A DNA stretch of 64,000 bases, taken from NCBI RefSeq assembly GCF_003918875.1, contig NW_025765891.1:3596001-3660000 (forward strand), given 5' to 3'. Numbering within the stretch: position 1 is the first letter of the stretch; each line of letters begins with the position of its first letter. This document shows, piece by piece, positions 50,911 to 63,590 of this stretch. Under the pieces are notes generated by a model. That model saw only the letters and a program-made list of their open reading frames with translations. It ran no database searches and was not told the DNA's origin. Source of the stretch: Haliotis rubra (lineage: Eukaryota). Made by a program: the position numbers and the translations under genes.

Positions 50911-51180
50911 ATATTTGCTCATAAATTGCATGGCGATATCTCCACGTTTGTCTTGTATCGAAGCATTCCTTTGAGCTACCCTTTCACATCGACATGTTTG
51001 ACCTTTGCTGGTAAATTACATAGCGTTATCTCGACATATATCTTATATCGAAGCATTCCCGTGACCTTCACGTTCCCTCTCAATAGTCTGATATCTAAAT
51101 GTACGTTCCCCCTGGATATCTCGAATTGTTACCTATATCGAACTACATGTATTCCTATGACCTACACGTTCCTATCAGTT
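50911..51180. repeat. Old diverged ~90-bp tandem repeat (3 copies)
   Basis: Recurring TATCTC..T(G/A)TATCGAA..ATTCC..TGA(G/C)CT with ~90-bp period (50911, 51001, 51091). Confidence 0.6.
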
Positions 51181-52847
51181 GCTTGTCTCAAAGAGCTCCT
51201 TTAGTAATGGCGTGTATATCTCTATACTGAAACCCGCCCCTTCATCCACTAGCTTCTCGATAACGACATTTCATACAGGAATAGAAAGGACATCCTCGTG
51301 TTATTCTAAATGGTTTTTCAATGTAATGATTGAGATTTTGGAGTAAAAAAGCTCTTACATTGTGTGAACAGGTAACGTTACACATATTGACCAGTAACAT
51401 AAAGGTCGTATACCAATATTTGTTCACGTGACAAAGTCAGCATATGTTTACTCATCATTTCATGGTGATCTCGTCTCATCTCACGGTGATCTCGTCATCA
51501 TCTCACGAGGCTCCAATTATCTGTAACTCTACTGGAAGACCGACATATAGCATCACACTGAGTGCTTGATAAAATGTCCCATATACACCGTCATACTTCG
51601 CACATAACGATTCCCAAGGTAAATGTACTTTATGATATTCCAGCGCCTGTATCTATCTGGGGCGGTATGATAAGATATATCCCAGACATAGCGTAACGCG
51701 AAGTGTTAACCAACTGGTATATACTGGTTGGAGGTGTTTCAATACGATCCTGTATAAAGGTCGATGATCGGAAGACCGTTGCCAAGTATTTATAATTGTT
51801 TCCTCATTGAATGCATTATAGATTATGTTTATGTTAACAAAATCGACAATTTGCGTGAATAGAAGGACTACAAGGTGTCAGTATTGTGGGTGACACATCG
51901 CAGCAATATTGTCGGGTGAGGTTACAGGTGGCTGAAGTTTTGCGTGTGAACCCAGAGTAGCTTAGTGGTCAGAACGCTCAGCTCTCTCTCCGAAGACCCG
52001 AATTTGTTTCCCGACATGGGTAAAGCTTCTTCCTCGCAGCAATAATGTTGCTGTAATGTTGCTGGGCGGTTGATGGGAGAGATGTATATCAATGTTTTAT
52101 AAACGTCCATTTGGCCTATTAAACAAGACTTTAAACTAACTCGTCTAGATATTTCAAGCGAAAATGTCTCCATGGGCAATGGCAGGGCTTCAGTCCAGAG
52201 AGAAATGTGTCTTAGCAACTTTGGGGAAACGTCAATAAGCCTGCAGTCTCTGTGACCGTAGGGAATGGTCGACTGAGTAAATAGTCTTGCTCACCAGTCG
52301 AAATATTATGGTTGTCACAATTCACAATTCAGACATATGAGACTGCGAGCATCACGAGGTACTGTACTCTGTGACACCCAGGAGTAAACATCAGCGTCTA
52401 CATACTACATATCTGATCTGTATTTGTACGTAAATTAAACAAGTAAATTACCGATCTACCTCCAAGTTGACAATACAATATTGACTTTCTCCAGTTCGAT
52501 ACCCTAGGTATTCTCAATAGATTCCTGTCACCGAGTTCAGTCGATGGGACCATTGTTTCCATGGCTGATTGTGCCGGAATACTTGCCGTTGTTAGGTCTG
52601 TGATTCTAATCGAACTGTTCCTGTCTGAAAACTCGTTCTATTTAAATATAACAACTATAAATAACATTGTGTAAATTTTCAGTTAAATGTTGTCCTCAGA
52701 TAGGACGTCAGTCAGAGAGTGTATGTGTCAATGATAAGTAACACAGATGTAGGAAGTATCCGTTCGCCCATTGGACAGATATGGCTCATGGTGACGACGA
52801 CGACGATGATGATGATAGTAGATGACACAATGTACATGCGATCTTAC

Positions 52848-52923
52848 CTTCTCCACTGCACAGGGCAATCAGGATGGCGGGGATGAGAACAAAGAACGCT
52901 GCACGCGGTATTCTCGGGTAAAT
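52848..52923 (-). CDS. S1A serine protease, probable signal-peptide exon
   Basis: ttttctttcaaag|ATT..GAA G|gtaaga. Encodes IYPRIPRAAFFVLIPAILIALCSGE. Phase 1 joins exon 3. Intervening exons cannot be excluded. Confidence 0.7.
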
Positions 52924-53679
52924 CTTTGAAAGAAAATATTTACATTTTGATATTTTGATTTCTTCCATTTTAAATGACAACGTTTCTTCATACACCAATG
53001 ACACTTATATTCTTTACACGATATCAACGCCAAGAACTCAACAACAGAATGAATAATAAAAGCCACAAAACCTACTGCATAGCTCAAAGACGTATATGCT
53101 GAAAGTAGAGTCGAATGTACGATTCCGACTGTATCCTGAGCATGTGTATGTGAGTTATTATGAGATAGGGATAGTACCAGGTTTTCACAAGGAGGTGAGC
53201 GTATTATACCCAACAGCTGGCACCCATCACAGACACATGCAAAGGCAAGTAAATAATCGGCTGCAAGTGATTTTACGTGTACTACTGATACATCAAACTG
53301 ACCCAATGCTTAATTAATACTTCCTCCATACACAACTCAGTTAACACTTTGTCAAGACATAGTTTACAAACACACTCTCAGTACAGCTCAACAAATATTA
53401 TCTCAAGACAAAAACATAAATTAAAAAATTTAATCCCCAAAACACATACTACGGAAACACATTTTCAAAATATGAAAGCCAAACAATGTTCCTCAAACAT
53501 GATTTCTTTTGATGTGAATGAGTCAGCCAATGTCACCTTACGTAATGCTGCGGGAGATTACTGACAGAAAAGATCAATGATCTACAAATACACGGATAAA
53601 CCTACAAATCGTTGTGTTAAACCACTGAAGGGTTTTCCCTGTAGAGAAACTGTAAATATCTATACGGAATGGCACTCAC

Positions 53680-53682
53680 CAT
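53680..53682 (-). CDS. S1A serine protease, probable first exon contributing only the ATG
   Basis: GCAAACATG|gtgagt is a strong phase-0 donor, and the signal exon has no ATG of its own. TATAAAA on the minus strand at 53954-53948. Confidence 0.55.
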
Positions 53683-54943
53683 GTTTGCGTCAAGTCCCAC
53701 ACTGTGTGTTCTTCTAACCCACTCCAATCTCCCAGCGTTTCTGTGTCCGTCCCTCCAATAGCGAGTGGCGTTAGTGAGTAATTCAATATTTGCACACAAA
53801 ACTCAGCAATCCTTCCTCCCTCGTTTAGACATTTCTCGCGAAATTAGCAGATTGCAGACTGCCCACTGGGAGTAGGACCTGTACGTTCCCGAAATTGCTA
53901 GCTCCGGCGTTGAATCCACTTGTTCGATGCCTCTCGGGATGACAGCATTTTATAACCATCTGTACGTGTGTTTGGTGCAGGAACCAGCGCATGGCGTTAA
54001 ACATACAAAGTGGTCGGATCACGAAGTTACGCTAGCCTCGGTTCAGCTCGGCTATTTTGATATTGAACTGTACCTCCTAGGTTCTTAAATTAGCCGGATT
54101 TATTGAGGCAGGCTTGAGTGAAGGGTTTAGGAATTACTCGCAGCGATACAACTTACAAGAAAATACTATCGAAGCGGATACTGTCACGAGTTGTGTTTGT
54201 TCGCCATACACAGGAGAAATGTAACAGTGTCCTGACTTGCAGAGGGCGTATCTTCTTATCGACATGGCAGACCCGAGGCGTGTCTTTAATAATTACACGG
54301 ACATAGTCTGCAGGCGTAGTTAAATACAGAATACGAGAAAATAGTTAAAAATATGTTATGCTTGTTGATTTAAGATGACCTATAATATTTAGGAATACAG
54401 TGATGACATGGACCTATTTCTTTCACTGTGGCGTTTCCGTAAAGAGGAAGTCTCAGTATTACTACATCTCCTGGAAAGACACTTAAGATAAATAATATTT
54501 AACAATTCTATTCATTTGAGATATGATATATGTAAAAAATGCAAATAGTCGTGACATATGTGTATTTGTAAAGTTTCATTTTTAATATGGAATAGCCTTA
54601 TGTCTTTTGTTTTGTTCAAAAGTAGTATAATTTGTCAGTTTAGTTTACACACATTGTGTGCCTGTATTGGCTTGATATAGGCATACGTGTGTATTATCTA
54701 AATATATCTGTATGTATGCATTGCTCTAAACATCTCTCTTCACATTTCGAGACACATTTGACAGCAGAAAAGCCAATTATTTGTGCGATCGCGAAGGAGG
54801 ATATTTCACATTTCCTTACTGCTTACATATCTGTAACAGTTGTCAAAGGGCCCCACCATTTAGTATACCGGGGTGGAGGGGTGGGACGAGGGCGTCGTGT
54901 AATTAGTGCATCAGTCAGGAGAGTACTGTACCCAGTAGCATGT

Positions 54944-56958
54944 ACTGTAAATATTGCTACAGTTACGTCAACGATATTTCCATCAGAGCTTACATGACTG
55001 TAAATATTGCTACAGTTACGTCAACGATATTTCCATCAGAGCTTACATGACTGTAAATATTGCTACAGTTACGTCAACGATATTTCCATCAGAGCTTACA
55101 TGACTGTAAATATTGCTACAGTTACGTCAACGATATTTCCATCAGAGCTTACATGACTGTAAATATTGCTACAGTTACGTCAACGATATTTCCATCAGAG
55201 CTTACATGACTGTAAATATTGCTACAGTTACGTCAACGATATTTCCATCAGAGCTTACATGACTGTAAATATTGCTACAGTTACGTCAACGATATTTCCA
55301 TCAGAGCTTACATGACTGTAAATATTGCTACAGTTACGTCAACGATATTTCCATCAGAGCTTACATGACTGTAAATATTGCTACAGTTACGTCAACGATA
55401 TTTCCATCAGAGCTTACATGACTGTAAATATTGCTACAGTTACGTCAACGATATTTCCATCAGAGCTTACATGACTGTAAATATTGCTACAGTTACGTCA
55501 ACGATATTTCCATCAGAGCTTACATGACTGTAAATATTGCTACAGTTACGTCAACGATATTTCCATCAGAGCTTACATGACTGTAAATATTGCTACAGTT
55601 ACGTCAACGATAGGTCCATCAGAGCTTACATGACTGTAAATTTCCATCAGCTTACATGTTGCTACAGTTACGTCAACGATATTTCCATCAGAGCTTACAT
55701 GACTGTAAATATTGCTACAGTTACGTCAACGATATTTCCATCAGAGCTTACATGACTGTAAATATTGCTACAGTTACGTCAACGATATTTCCATCAGAGC
55801 TTACATGACTGTAAATATTGCTACAGTTACGTCAACGATATTTCCATCAGAGCTTACATGACTGTAAATATTGCTACAGTTACGTCAACGATATTTCCAT
55901 CAGAGCTTACAAATGACTTACGTAAATATTGCTTACAGTTACTACAGTTACGTCAACGATATTTCCATCAGAGCTTACATGACTGTAAATATTGCTACAG
56001 TATTGCTACTTACATGAGTTACGTCAACGATATTTCCATCAGAGCTTACATGACTGTAAATATTGCTACAGTTACGTCAACGATATTTCCATCAGAGCTT
56101 ACATGACTGTAAATATTGCTACAGTTACGTCAACGATATTTCCATCAGAGCTTACATGACTACATGACTGTAAATATTGCTACAGATTACGTCAACGATA
56201 TTTCCATCAGAGCTTACATGACTGTAAATATTGCTACAGTTACGTCAACGATATTTCCATCAGAGCTTACATGACTGTAAATATTGCTACAGTTACGTCA
56301 ACGATATTTCCATCAGAGCTTACATGACTGTAAATATTGCTACAGTTACGTCAACGATATTTCCATCAGAGCTTACATGACTGTAAATATTGCTACAGTT
56401 ACGTCAACGATATTTCCATCAGAGCTTACATGACTGTAAATATTGCTACAGTTACGTCAACGATATTTCCATCAGAGCTTACATGACTGTAAATATTGCT
56501 ACAGTTACGTCAACGATATTTCCATCAGAGCTTACATGACTGTAAATATTGCTACAGTTACGTCAACGATATTTCCATCAGAGCTTACATGACTGTAAAT
56601 ATTGCTACAGCAGTTACGTCAACGATATTTCCATCAGAGCTTACATGACTGTAAATATTGCTACAGTTACGTCAACGATATTTCCATCAGAGCTTACATG
56701 ACTGTAAATATTGCTACAGTTACGTCAACGATATTTCCATCAGAGCTTACATGACTGTAAATATTGCTACAGTTACGTCAACGATATTTCCATCAGAGCT
56801 TACATGAAATGTAAATATTGCTACAGTTACGTCAACGATATTTCCATCAGAGCTTACATGACTGTAAATATTGCTACAGTTACGTCAACGATATTTCCAT
56901 CAGAGCTTACATGACTGTAAATATTGCTACATTTACGTCAACGATATTTCCAACAGAG
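54944..56958. repeat. 53-bp tandem repeat (~38 copies)
   Basis: Unit ACTGTAAATATTGCTACAGTTACGTCAACGATATTTCCATCAGAGCTTACATG, mostly identical copies. Confidence 0.97.
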
Positions 56959-57898
56959 CGTTCCCGCCCCAAGTTATGATACAGATGGTCATTATTATCA
57001 ATTCAAAAATATATATTTAATTTTCCGTACGGAAAATCTTCATCAAATTCAGCAGCCACGTTTGTTGATGCGAATAGCGGTGTCGATATTGCTAATAATT
57101 TGCACCAAGTTTTCAAATCTATTCCATTTGATTTCCATTCAACCATACACCGAACATCACTGACAATGTAGAGCCAACAACTGTGTGGACAGGACGACAC
57201 TGTAAGATTCCTTGAGCACCAGTTCGTGAACCTCAGTCGCTGTTCTTCGGAAGCTGAAGATTGTGTCATTCCGGTGACAGGACATGTTGTGTTCGCGATG
57301 ACCTTCAGTCGAAACTAGACGAGCAATCAAACACAGTGCTGGACCAAGAAGGGTAAATATGAAGTACAACCATTGAATTGTCTGGACAAGTTATGATTAT
57401 TTACAGAGCCTTGTCATATACCAGGAATATTGGTGACTGACGTGTTTAAACAAACAATTATAGAAATACGAAGATGTAGATTACAAAATATTGCTATCAA
57501 TACAATGAACTAACGTGAAATCAAATTCCTTAAAATTCTCGGAAATATGCCCGATGTTCGCGATAAGCCAAGAGTCTCCTGTGTATAAATATGCCCGATG
57601 TTCGAGATAAGCCAAGTGTCTCCTGTGTATAAATATGCACAATATAATAATTATATTTTTTGTATTCTATGATATTGATTTTATTGTACTCTTATTGTGT
57701 ATGCAATTAAAATATTAATAGAGTGCGTGCGTGCGTGCTTGCGTGCGTGCGTGCATGCGTATCTTTACGTATAGCCCCAGACAAGTACCTTCATTTCATT
57801 CCACATTGGCTGACTCGACCTGGGAGATGAACAACCTACTCTCAGCTCTCCGGACAAACTGGACAGCTGAAGGGGTCAAAATCACAACAAAGTTAATA

Positions 57899-58000
57899 TG
57901 CTCATGCCAATAATGGTTGTCACCCCCCTCCCCACCCCAACCCACACCCCCTCTCCATTAAAAAAATTGAAGGGGGTGACAACCATTATTAGCATGAGTA
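57899..58000. mobile_element. Small Tc1/mariner-type MITE
   Basis: ~30-bp TIRs TGCTCATGCCAATAATGGTTGTCACCCC / GGGGTGACAACCATTATTAGCATGAGTA flanked by TA. Confidence 0.7.
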
Positions 58001-58324
58001 TAGTTGATCTCTCCCGATAGTCACTTGTACAGAAATCAACCACTAATTTGGCCGCCCGATCCATATTCCTTACCGACGTCGATAGGATTTCAAAGGCGGA
58101 TAGGATGGCGGGGCAGCGTAATGAAAGAAATCCCGTCTCAAATCGATTTTAGCTCTTATAAGATCCTAACTTTTACTACAGATTGACGATTGCTCATGTA
58201 CCTGAGACTCACCTGGGTGAGCTATACATGGTTGTTGTATCTCTCCCTTAAAACGTGAGCAAAGTTCCAGTAGCTGATACAATGGTGACCTAGTAACAAA
58301 TTTTACACAGAGTTAAGACCCTAT

Positions 58325-58500
58325 AGCCCTATGAAGATCCCAGTTAGAATTGGACTTCAGAGCCCCATTCAATCGCAGCGTAAATCTATGTTAATCTACG
58401 CGAGTTACGGCCGTTATTGCGCTGCTATAACAGCGCACTGCAACAAATGATTTTCGTAGGAGGCGACTGACGGGATCGGATGGTCAGGATCGCTGTCTTG
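58325..58500 (+). mobile_element. Retroposon family B 5' part, interrupted by ~90 bp of other sequence
   Basis: TGAAGATCCCAGTTAGAATTGGACTTCAG ... TCGTAGGAGGCGACTGACGGGATCGGATGGTCAGG. Confidence 0.6.
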
Positions 58501-60612
58501 GTGGATGATTGTGATTTCGTCAATATGGAATACTATCATACAATTTCTTTCATGTACGTTTTCAGGCATATTGTTTGCCTGTTTCCACTGTTCAAGGAAT
58601 CGCACTCTTTCAATTAACGTGCCTGTGTTAGTTAGTTTAGGTCATATCTGCAACAATACATTCTGTACAGCAATAAGTTTGCTAAGATTCAGTTTCCTTG
58701 ACTTTGGGAAACGATATTTAACATTCAATAAAATGGATGGACTGATCGTTGACATCTATCAAAATTATACATTTGTTCTGCTTAATATCACTACTGGATG
58801 AGTTGTGACGTGCAGGTTCCAACATAAAACAGGAAGGTCTAACAAGAAATCGGTTCGGATAGAACTTAAATGTGAAATCAGTAATGAAATCACAAGATCA
58901 ATGAATGATGTATGAAAAATACTGGAGGCATCGTTTGACATTCATATTTGACACAGGCAATGCAATACGTGGCAGCAGCAATACGGAACGGGCCTAGTAA
59001 CACATGTTAGCCTACTATATTCAGAACTTTGTAGAGTGCTGTTGGTATCTGGAAACAGATTACTGTTACTATATCCGGGTTACTGTTGAAATGTTGATGG
59101 GTATGTGTGTTTTCAGATGAGCATCCAATCAGCAGGCGGCAAGTAAATGAGACACAACTGTCCCTGTCACATAGGCAAAGAACGACAACCAGGAACGGTG
59201 ACTTTATTCACTCTTCCTGTAAAAGTCTGGCCATTAAGACATTTCAATACCTCTTTGATCAATATAAAACAAACTCACATACAGCAAGAATTGTGAAATT
59301 TAATAACTGAATCAATATGTAATCTGACATTGACACACGCACCAATGCCTCCACGTTATTGGGCCCTAGATACCTCTGACCGGTGGCCACTATACACTGA
59401 GTTGAGGTATGCACCTGCTACGATCAAAAACGAGAATCATGTGCAATACGGTTACCCGTCGTTAATTAAATACCTAGGTTCAGAAAGCTGTTCTTGCAGC
59501 TCGATAATTTGAAAAATCATTTGAATTCGTTGACCACGGGTGACAACTCCTTGGAAGGATACAGCTCTTCTCAAAATCACAATACTTCATCCGTTCATGT
59601 CAAGTTTCGTATTAAAAACAGAGTGGTTTCCACATCGTCGTTAGTCCAAATGAATGGTCTGAAATCGCCAAATAACGGCCATATATAGAGCCAGACGACC
59701 TATCAGACGTCAGTTGCTATCCCCAGAGCACAAAGGAACAGGACTTGGTGAAGGGTCCACTAGTCGGACTATAAAAAAAAGTCGATTAATTTTGATCATG
59801 ACTGACTGGCATGACTATCTCATGTTTGGCACCGCAACAACACTGCATATACACAACAGAATATCTTGGAGTAAGTACCGTTAGGCGGGCGTTCATTGAT
59901 GGTGATGGTGCCTCTCACATGACTGGAAATTAAATCTTCTTGCGATCAGACAAGGCTTCACGGACAACGGTACATGTCTAACATCCGAAATAGACGGGGG
60001 TTACTCCAGATATAGACCATGTGCCCGTATATTGATACTGATGTGATTTCTTGAGTATTGTGTGCCAGAATCTTAAACATTACCTCCCTTGTTAAGGTCA
60101 TACAGCAATTGTTATCAGCACTACAAAATGAGCCAATTTGCCATATTTGCTTCTCTGAACAGCCTGCGGTTTTACGTTCTTTTTGTGTTTAGATATGCTA
60201 TTTAATTATTCCTTAAGGGTCAGTTTATCAAGATAGTAAGTTAAATTCGGGTTTGAATAATTCCCTTTTCTATGGTTAATGGTAACATACTGATACAAAG
60301 TAAAATGTGGGATGTTGCGATATTTTTGTCAATGTGTATATTAATTAAAAGTTACTTCCTTGTGCTTTCTGTCACGTCAAACTGATACACTGGGATGTAA
60401 GGAAAGTGTTCAAACTCACACACTCACTCACACACACTAACATTTTCACATCGGGATGGTAATGACCTAAACATATAGGACAGAAGGTATTTTGGGACGA
60501 GAACCCCACTGAAAACATTGATAATATAAGAGGCGCCTTATTTTGAATCACGCGTTATGTGATTTTGAATATATTGTGATGTCATCTGAAATTCTGGAAC
60601 ATGTGAAAGAAA

Positions 60613-62115
60613 TTAATGCGGAGTAGTGTTCATTGTTCGATTATATTTAATGAAGAATTCCTCTCCGTATTTGTCCACAAGAGTCGTGTCAATTGTTCCC
60701 TGAAAGCAGTTCATGGAGAAAGTCTTACATGGACGGTAGTGGTGAATATATGCCTTCTCAGGAGACACATTGACGACACTGTAATTAGCAGCGTCCGGCC
60801 AAGGTCTACTGACGTGATGTATTCCCATCTCAAACACCTTGCTGGGTTCGACCAAAACCTTATTCCGAAAGTCACTATAAAACACAGCTCGTGTTGTTAT
60901 GTCCAGAACACTTACGTTTCTCACAGCAAAGTCCAGGTTGTATCTGAAAGCTAGGTCAAAGAAAGTGCTCTTAAAGGTCATCGCGCACGTGTTGGTAAAC
61001 ATGTGATGTGCCGCCACGATGTCCCGCCAAGTCCGTGTGTCCGGCGCGTGTGGTATGAGAAATTCGTCCACGTCGTTGAATATTAAATACTGGACAGTGG
61101 CCATGTGTCTGTAGAGGCAATCATTTATTGCCAAAGATTGACCATAATACCATATCGATCTTACGTTCCTCGACGGTATAGCCCACTTGAGGATGGTTGC
61201 GATTCCCATTGATTCGTAATACTTCAAAACCTCCTTTACGTCTGGCTTAACGTCATAAACGTAAAACACAAAATGGTTTGCTCCCAACAGTCGAGTAAGT
61301 TCTACAAATTGAACAATCTCATCCTTGCGTATTTTACCAAATAGGGGCGGTACACACACAGCAAAATCAACTTGAGCTTCCTGCGCTGATTTCTCTGTTG
61401 TCAATATTGACATCTGAGCGCTGTTTGTGATGGACTCTGTTGGTGACAGAGAGACGCTAACAGCACATGGTGATCTCCCCTTGTCCACATACCACCTGGG
61501 CACCTGACACGATATAATCCAGCCACCTATATCCCGGTTATGATTTTCACACATTTGATAATACGTGACTTGCGTCACGAGCGAGATGTTCGTATCCACT
61601 CCTTCTGGGTCAAAGTGACACCACAACAACGTTGAGTTTTTCGCATGTCTTGCAACAGAAGCTATGATTCTGATATAAGGTATATCTTCCCTAGCGTCAT
61701 AATAAGCAGAATATAGTGCTATGTTCTTCGTCAGCTTCACATACACAACATCTAGCCTTGCGCGATATTTAGCATCATCCTTGCAGGAATACATAACAGG
61801 GCTGGATATACCAAACTTATTCCGTGGACTTCCATATTTATATTTACTTTGACCGCTGTCATTACCTGGTCGGGATTTGTTCCGCACGCGTTTGTTCCTT
61901 CTGGTGATTTGTGTGGTTCTGGGTGGGTGAGATAGAATCTGGCTAGCGGCGCTGTCACGAAGTCTTCTTACCCCAGAAGGAATTGAGGGGGACACATCGC
62001 CCCACCCAATCTTTCCAATGTAGTTTCGATTTTCTTCAACCAGAGATAAAAATATGATCGTCGTTGAAGCGTAGGCGAAGAGAAACAACAGGATGAACCT
62101 CTTCATCCGCGACAT
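60613..62115 (-). CDS. Glycosyltransferase family 92 (DUF23, galt-1-like), paralogue C
   Basis: First in-frame ATG at 62115 (MSRMKRFILLFLF.., TM). Long basic stem, then VCVPPLFG, DCLYR, FNDVDEFLIP and HHYR. Confidence 0.92.
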   Translation of the reverse strand: MSRMKRFILLFLFAYASTTIIFLSLVEENRNYIGKIGWGDVSPSIPSGVRRLRDSAASQILSHPPRTTQITRRNKRVRNKSRPGNDSGQSKYKYGSPRNKFGISSPVMYSCKDDAKYRARLDVVYVKLTKNIALYSAYYDAREDIPYIRIIASVARHAKNSTLLWCHFDPEGVDTNISLVTQVTYYQMCENHNRDIGGWIISCQVPRWYVDKGRSPCAVSVSLSPTESITNSAQMSILTTEKSAQEAQVDFAVCVPPLFGKIRKDEIVQFVELTRLLGANHFVFYVYDVKPDVKEVLKYYESMGIATILKWAIPSRNVRSIWYYGQSLAINDCLYRHMATVQYLIFNDVDEFLIPHAPDTRTWRDIVAAHHMFTNTCAMTFKSTFFDLAFRYNLDFAVRNVSVLDITTRAVFYSDFRNKVLVEPSKVFEMGIHHVSRPWPDAANYSVVNVSPEKAYIHHYRPCKTFSMNCFQGTIDTTLVDKYGEEFFIKYNRTMNTTPH

Positions 62116-63246
62116 GCTGCGTCCGATTTGAGGCGCCACTGTTATGTTGACAGCACACGCCCGGTGGAGGTCGCCAGGCACGTGGACCCCTCCATGTCAT
62201 ACGTGGCTCTTGTTATACTCGATCTGGGCCGGTCTGATCACGGATCACTGAAGGAACAGAAACATCTATCAAAATCACATCTGTGTTGAGTTGAAATATG
62301 TTCAGACTTTATAATTTAAATAAAAATCGCCGAATTTATAATACGAATTATACAAGTAATACGTTTAAGTTATAATAAGTTGTGCCTAATGAAATATATG
62401 CACACACCCGTTCATGTCCACAACTTCCTTGTATGACGAATACACAGTTGAGTTTCAATGACCACCAAGAATGATAATATTTTATGTCGACAACAGAGCA
62501 ATACGACGTTATGTGCATAGTTTGAATGGACGCTATAGCTAAACACACTCACCGGTATATTGAGATATATACGTACACGTTTGTACAAACTGTTGGGCAA
62601 AAAAATGAATGCCTAGTTTGTGTTATATAATTCTGCCTCACCTTTACGTCCGATGTGGAACTTGAAGCTAATCCCTAACGCCATATGACCCTGTTTCCTG
62701 TGATCAGCACACAGTGATTCCTCAATGAAGCAAGTGTTCGTTGTGCTGGCATCGATTAGAATCACATCTGTGGTCACGTGATGACCCTGACACGTGGGGT
62801 ATTGACAAATTGACCCTCCGTGCTCCTTCACGGGCCCCTCAGCTAATAGGAAAGTACCGTTAGTCGAATCTGAGAACAAATCATTAAAGTTAATGCATAA
62901 GGTAACTTTATTGGATCATGGAGCTGTGTCGTCACGGGTACCACCGGTGTAGCAGGAGGTGCTCACCTTTCCGTCAACATGTTTTTTTTCTGTTTCTTTT
63001 AAATAATATTTTATTTCTGAGTCCCTGTTACAGACAAAACCACATTTTTGCGAACACCTACTACTACTGTTAAACACATTCTCAAGATGAGGTCGAAATG
63101 GCACAATGGGCTTATTTCAGTAGAGTTTGTAAAATCCATGTAAAGAGAAAGATACTGCTGTGGCCAGCAAACGTACCACGCAAGAGCACCCATGTGAGGA
63201 GTTGAACCCGGATCTTCGGCGTGACGAGCGAACGCTTTAACCACTA

Positions 63247-63590
63247 GGCGTTTACATTTCACAACCTACGAGGTACAATCGAGCCTGCTCGTTTTACCAA
63301 GAGCGTCATATGACTATGCACAACAGTTACTGGATCAAGGTTGCAACATTCAAGACCTCAGAAAGCTTTCAAAAGGCGTTATGGTAGACATGCGGAGGAC
63401 ATTTCCAAATTGGGTGCATCAGTGACAAAAATGATGCCATGTGCAGTGCCCTATTTTCACTTGTCCCATACGTTCGCGAATATTTTCAGGTGAACAGGTG
63501 GCTAGTCTTTGTGCATTTTTAAGATGGGTGCCACCCGTGGGTAGCATAGGCCCACCGCTTCACGACCAGCTGATAACATCGCTGCTTGAC
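63247..63590 (+). mobile_element. Penelope-like retroelement 3' fragment (decayed)
   Basis: Translates across frames to GVYISQPTRYNRACSFYQE..QQLLDQG..AFKRRYGRH, like the GVYISQLIRYARACS..KLLxQGY..FxKFYGRH RT C-terminus. A related GGGT(A/G)CCAC motif recurs at ~62937 and ~63527. Confidence 0.7.

Noticed and set aside
54944-56958. CRISPR-like regular array
   Set aside because: Head-to-tail identical units with no unique spacers, no cas genes, and a eukaryotic context. The same applies to the 42- and 46-bp arrays.
57543-57640. Two-copy ~45-bp direct repeat (also the ~31-bp duplication at 35157-35214)
   Set aside because: Simple local tandem duplications with no further structure.
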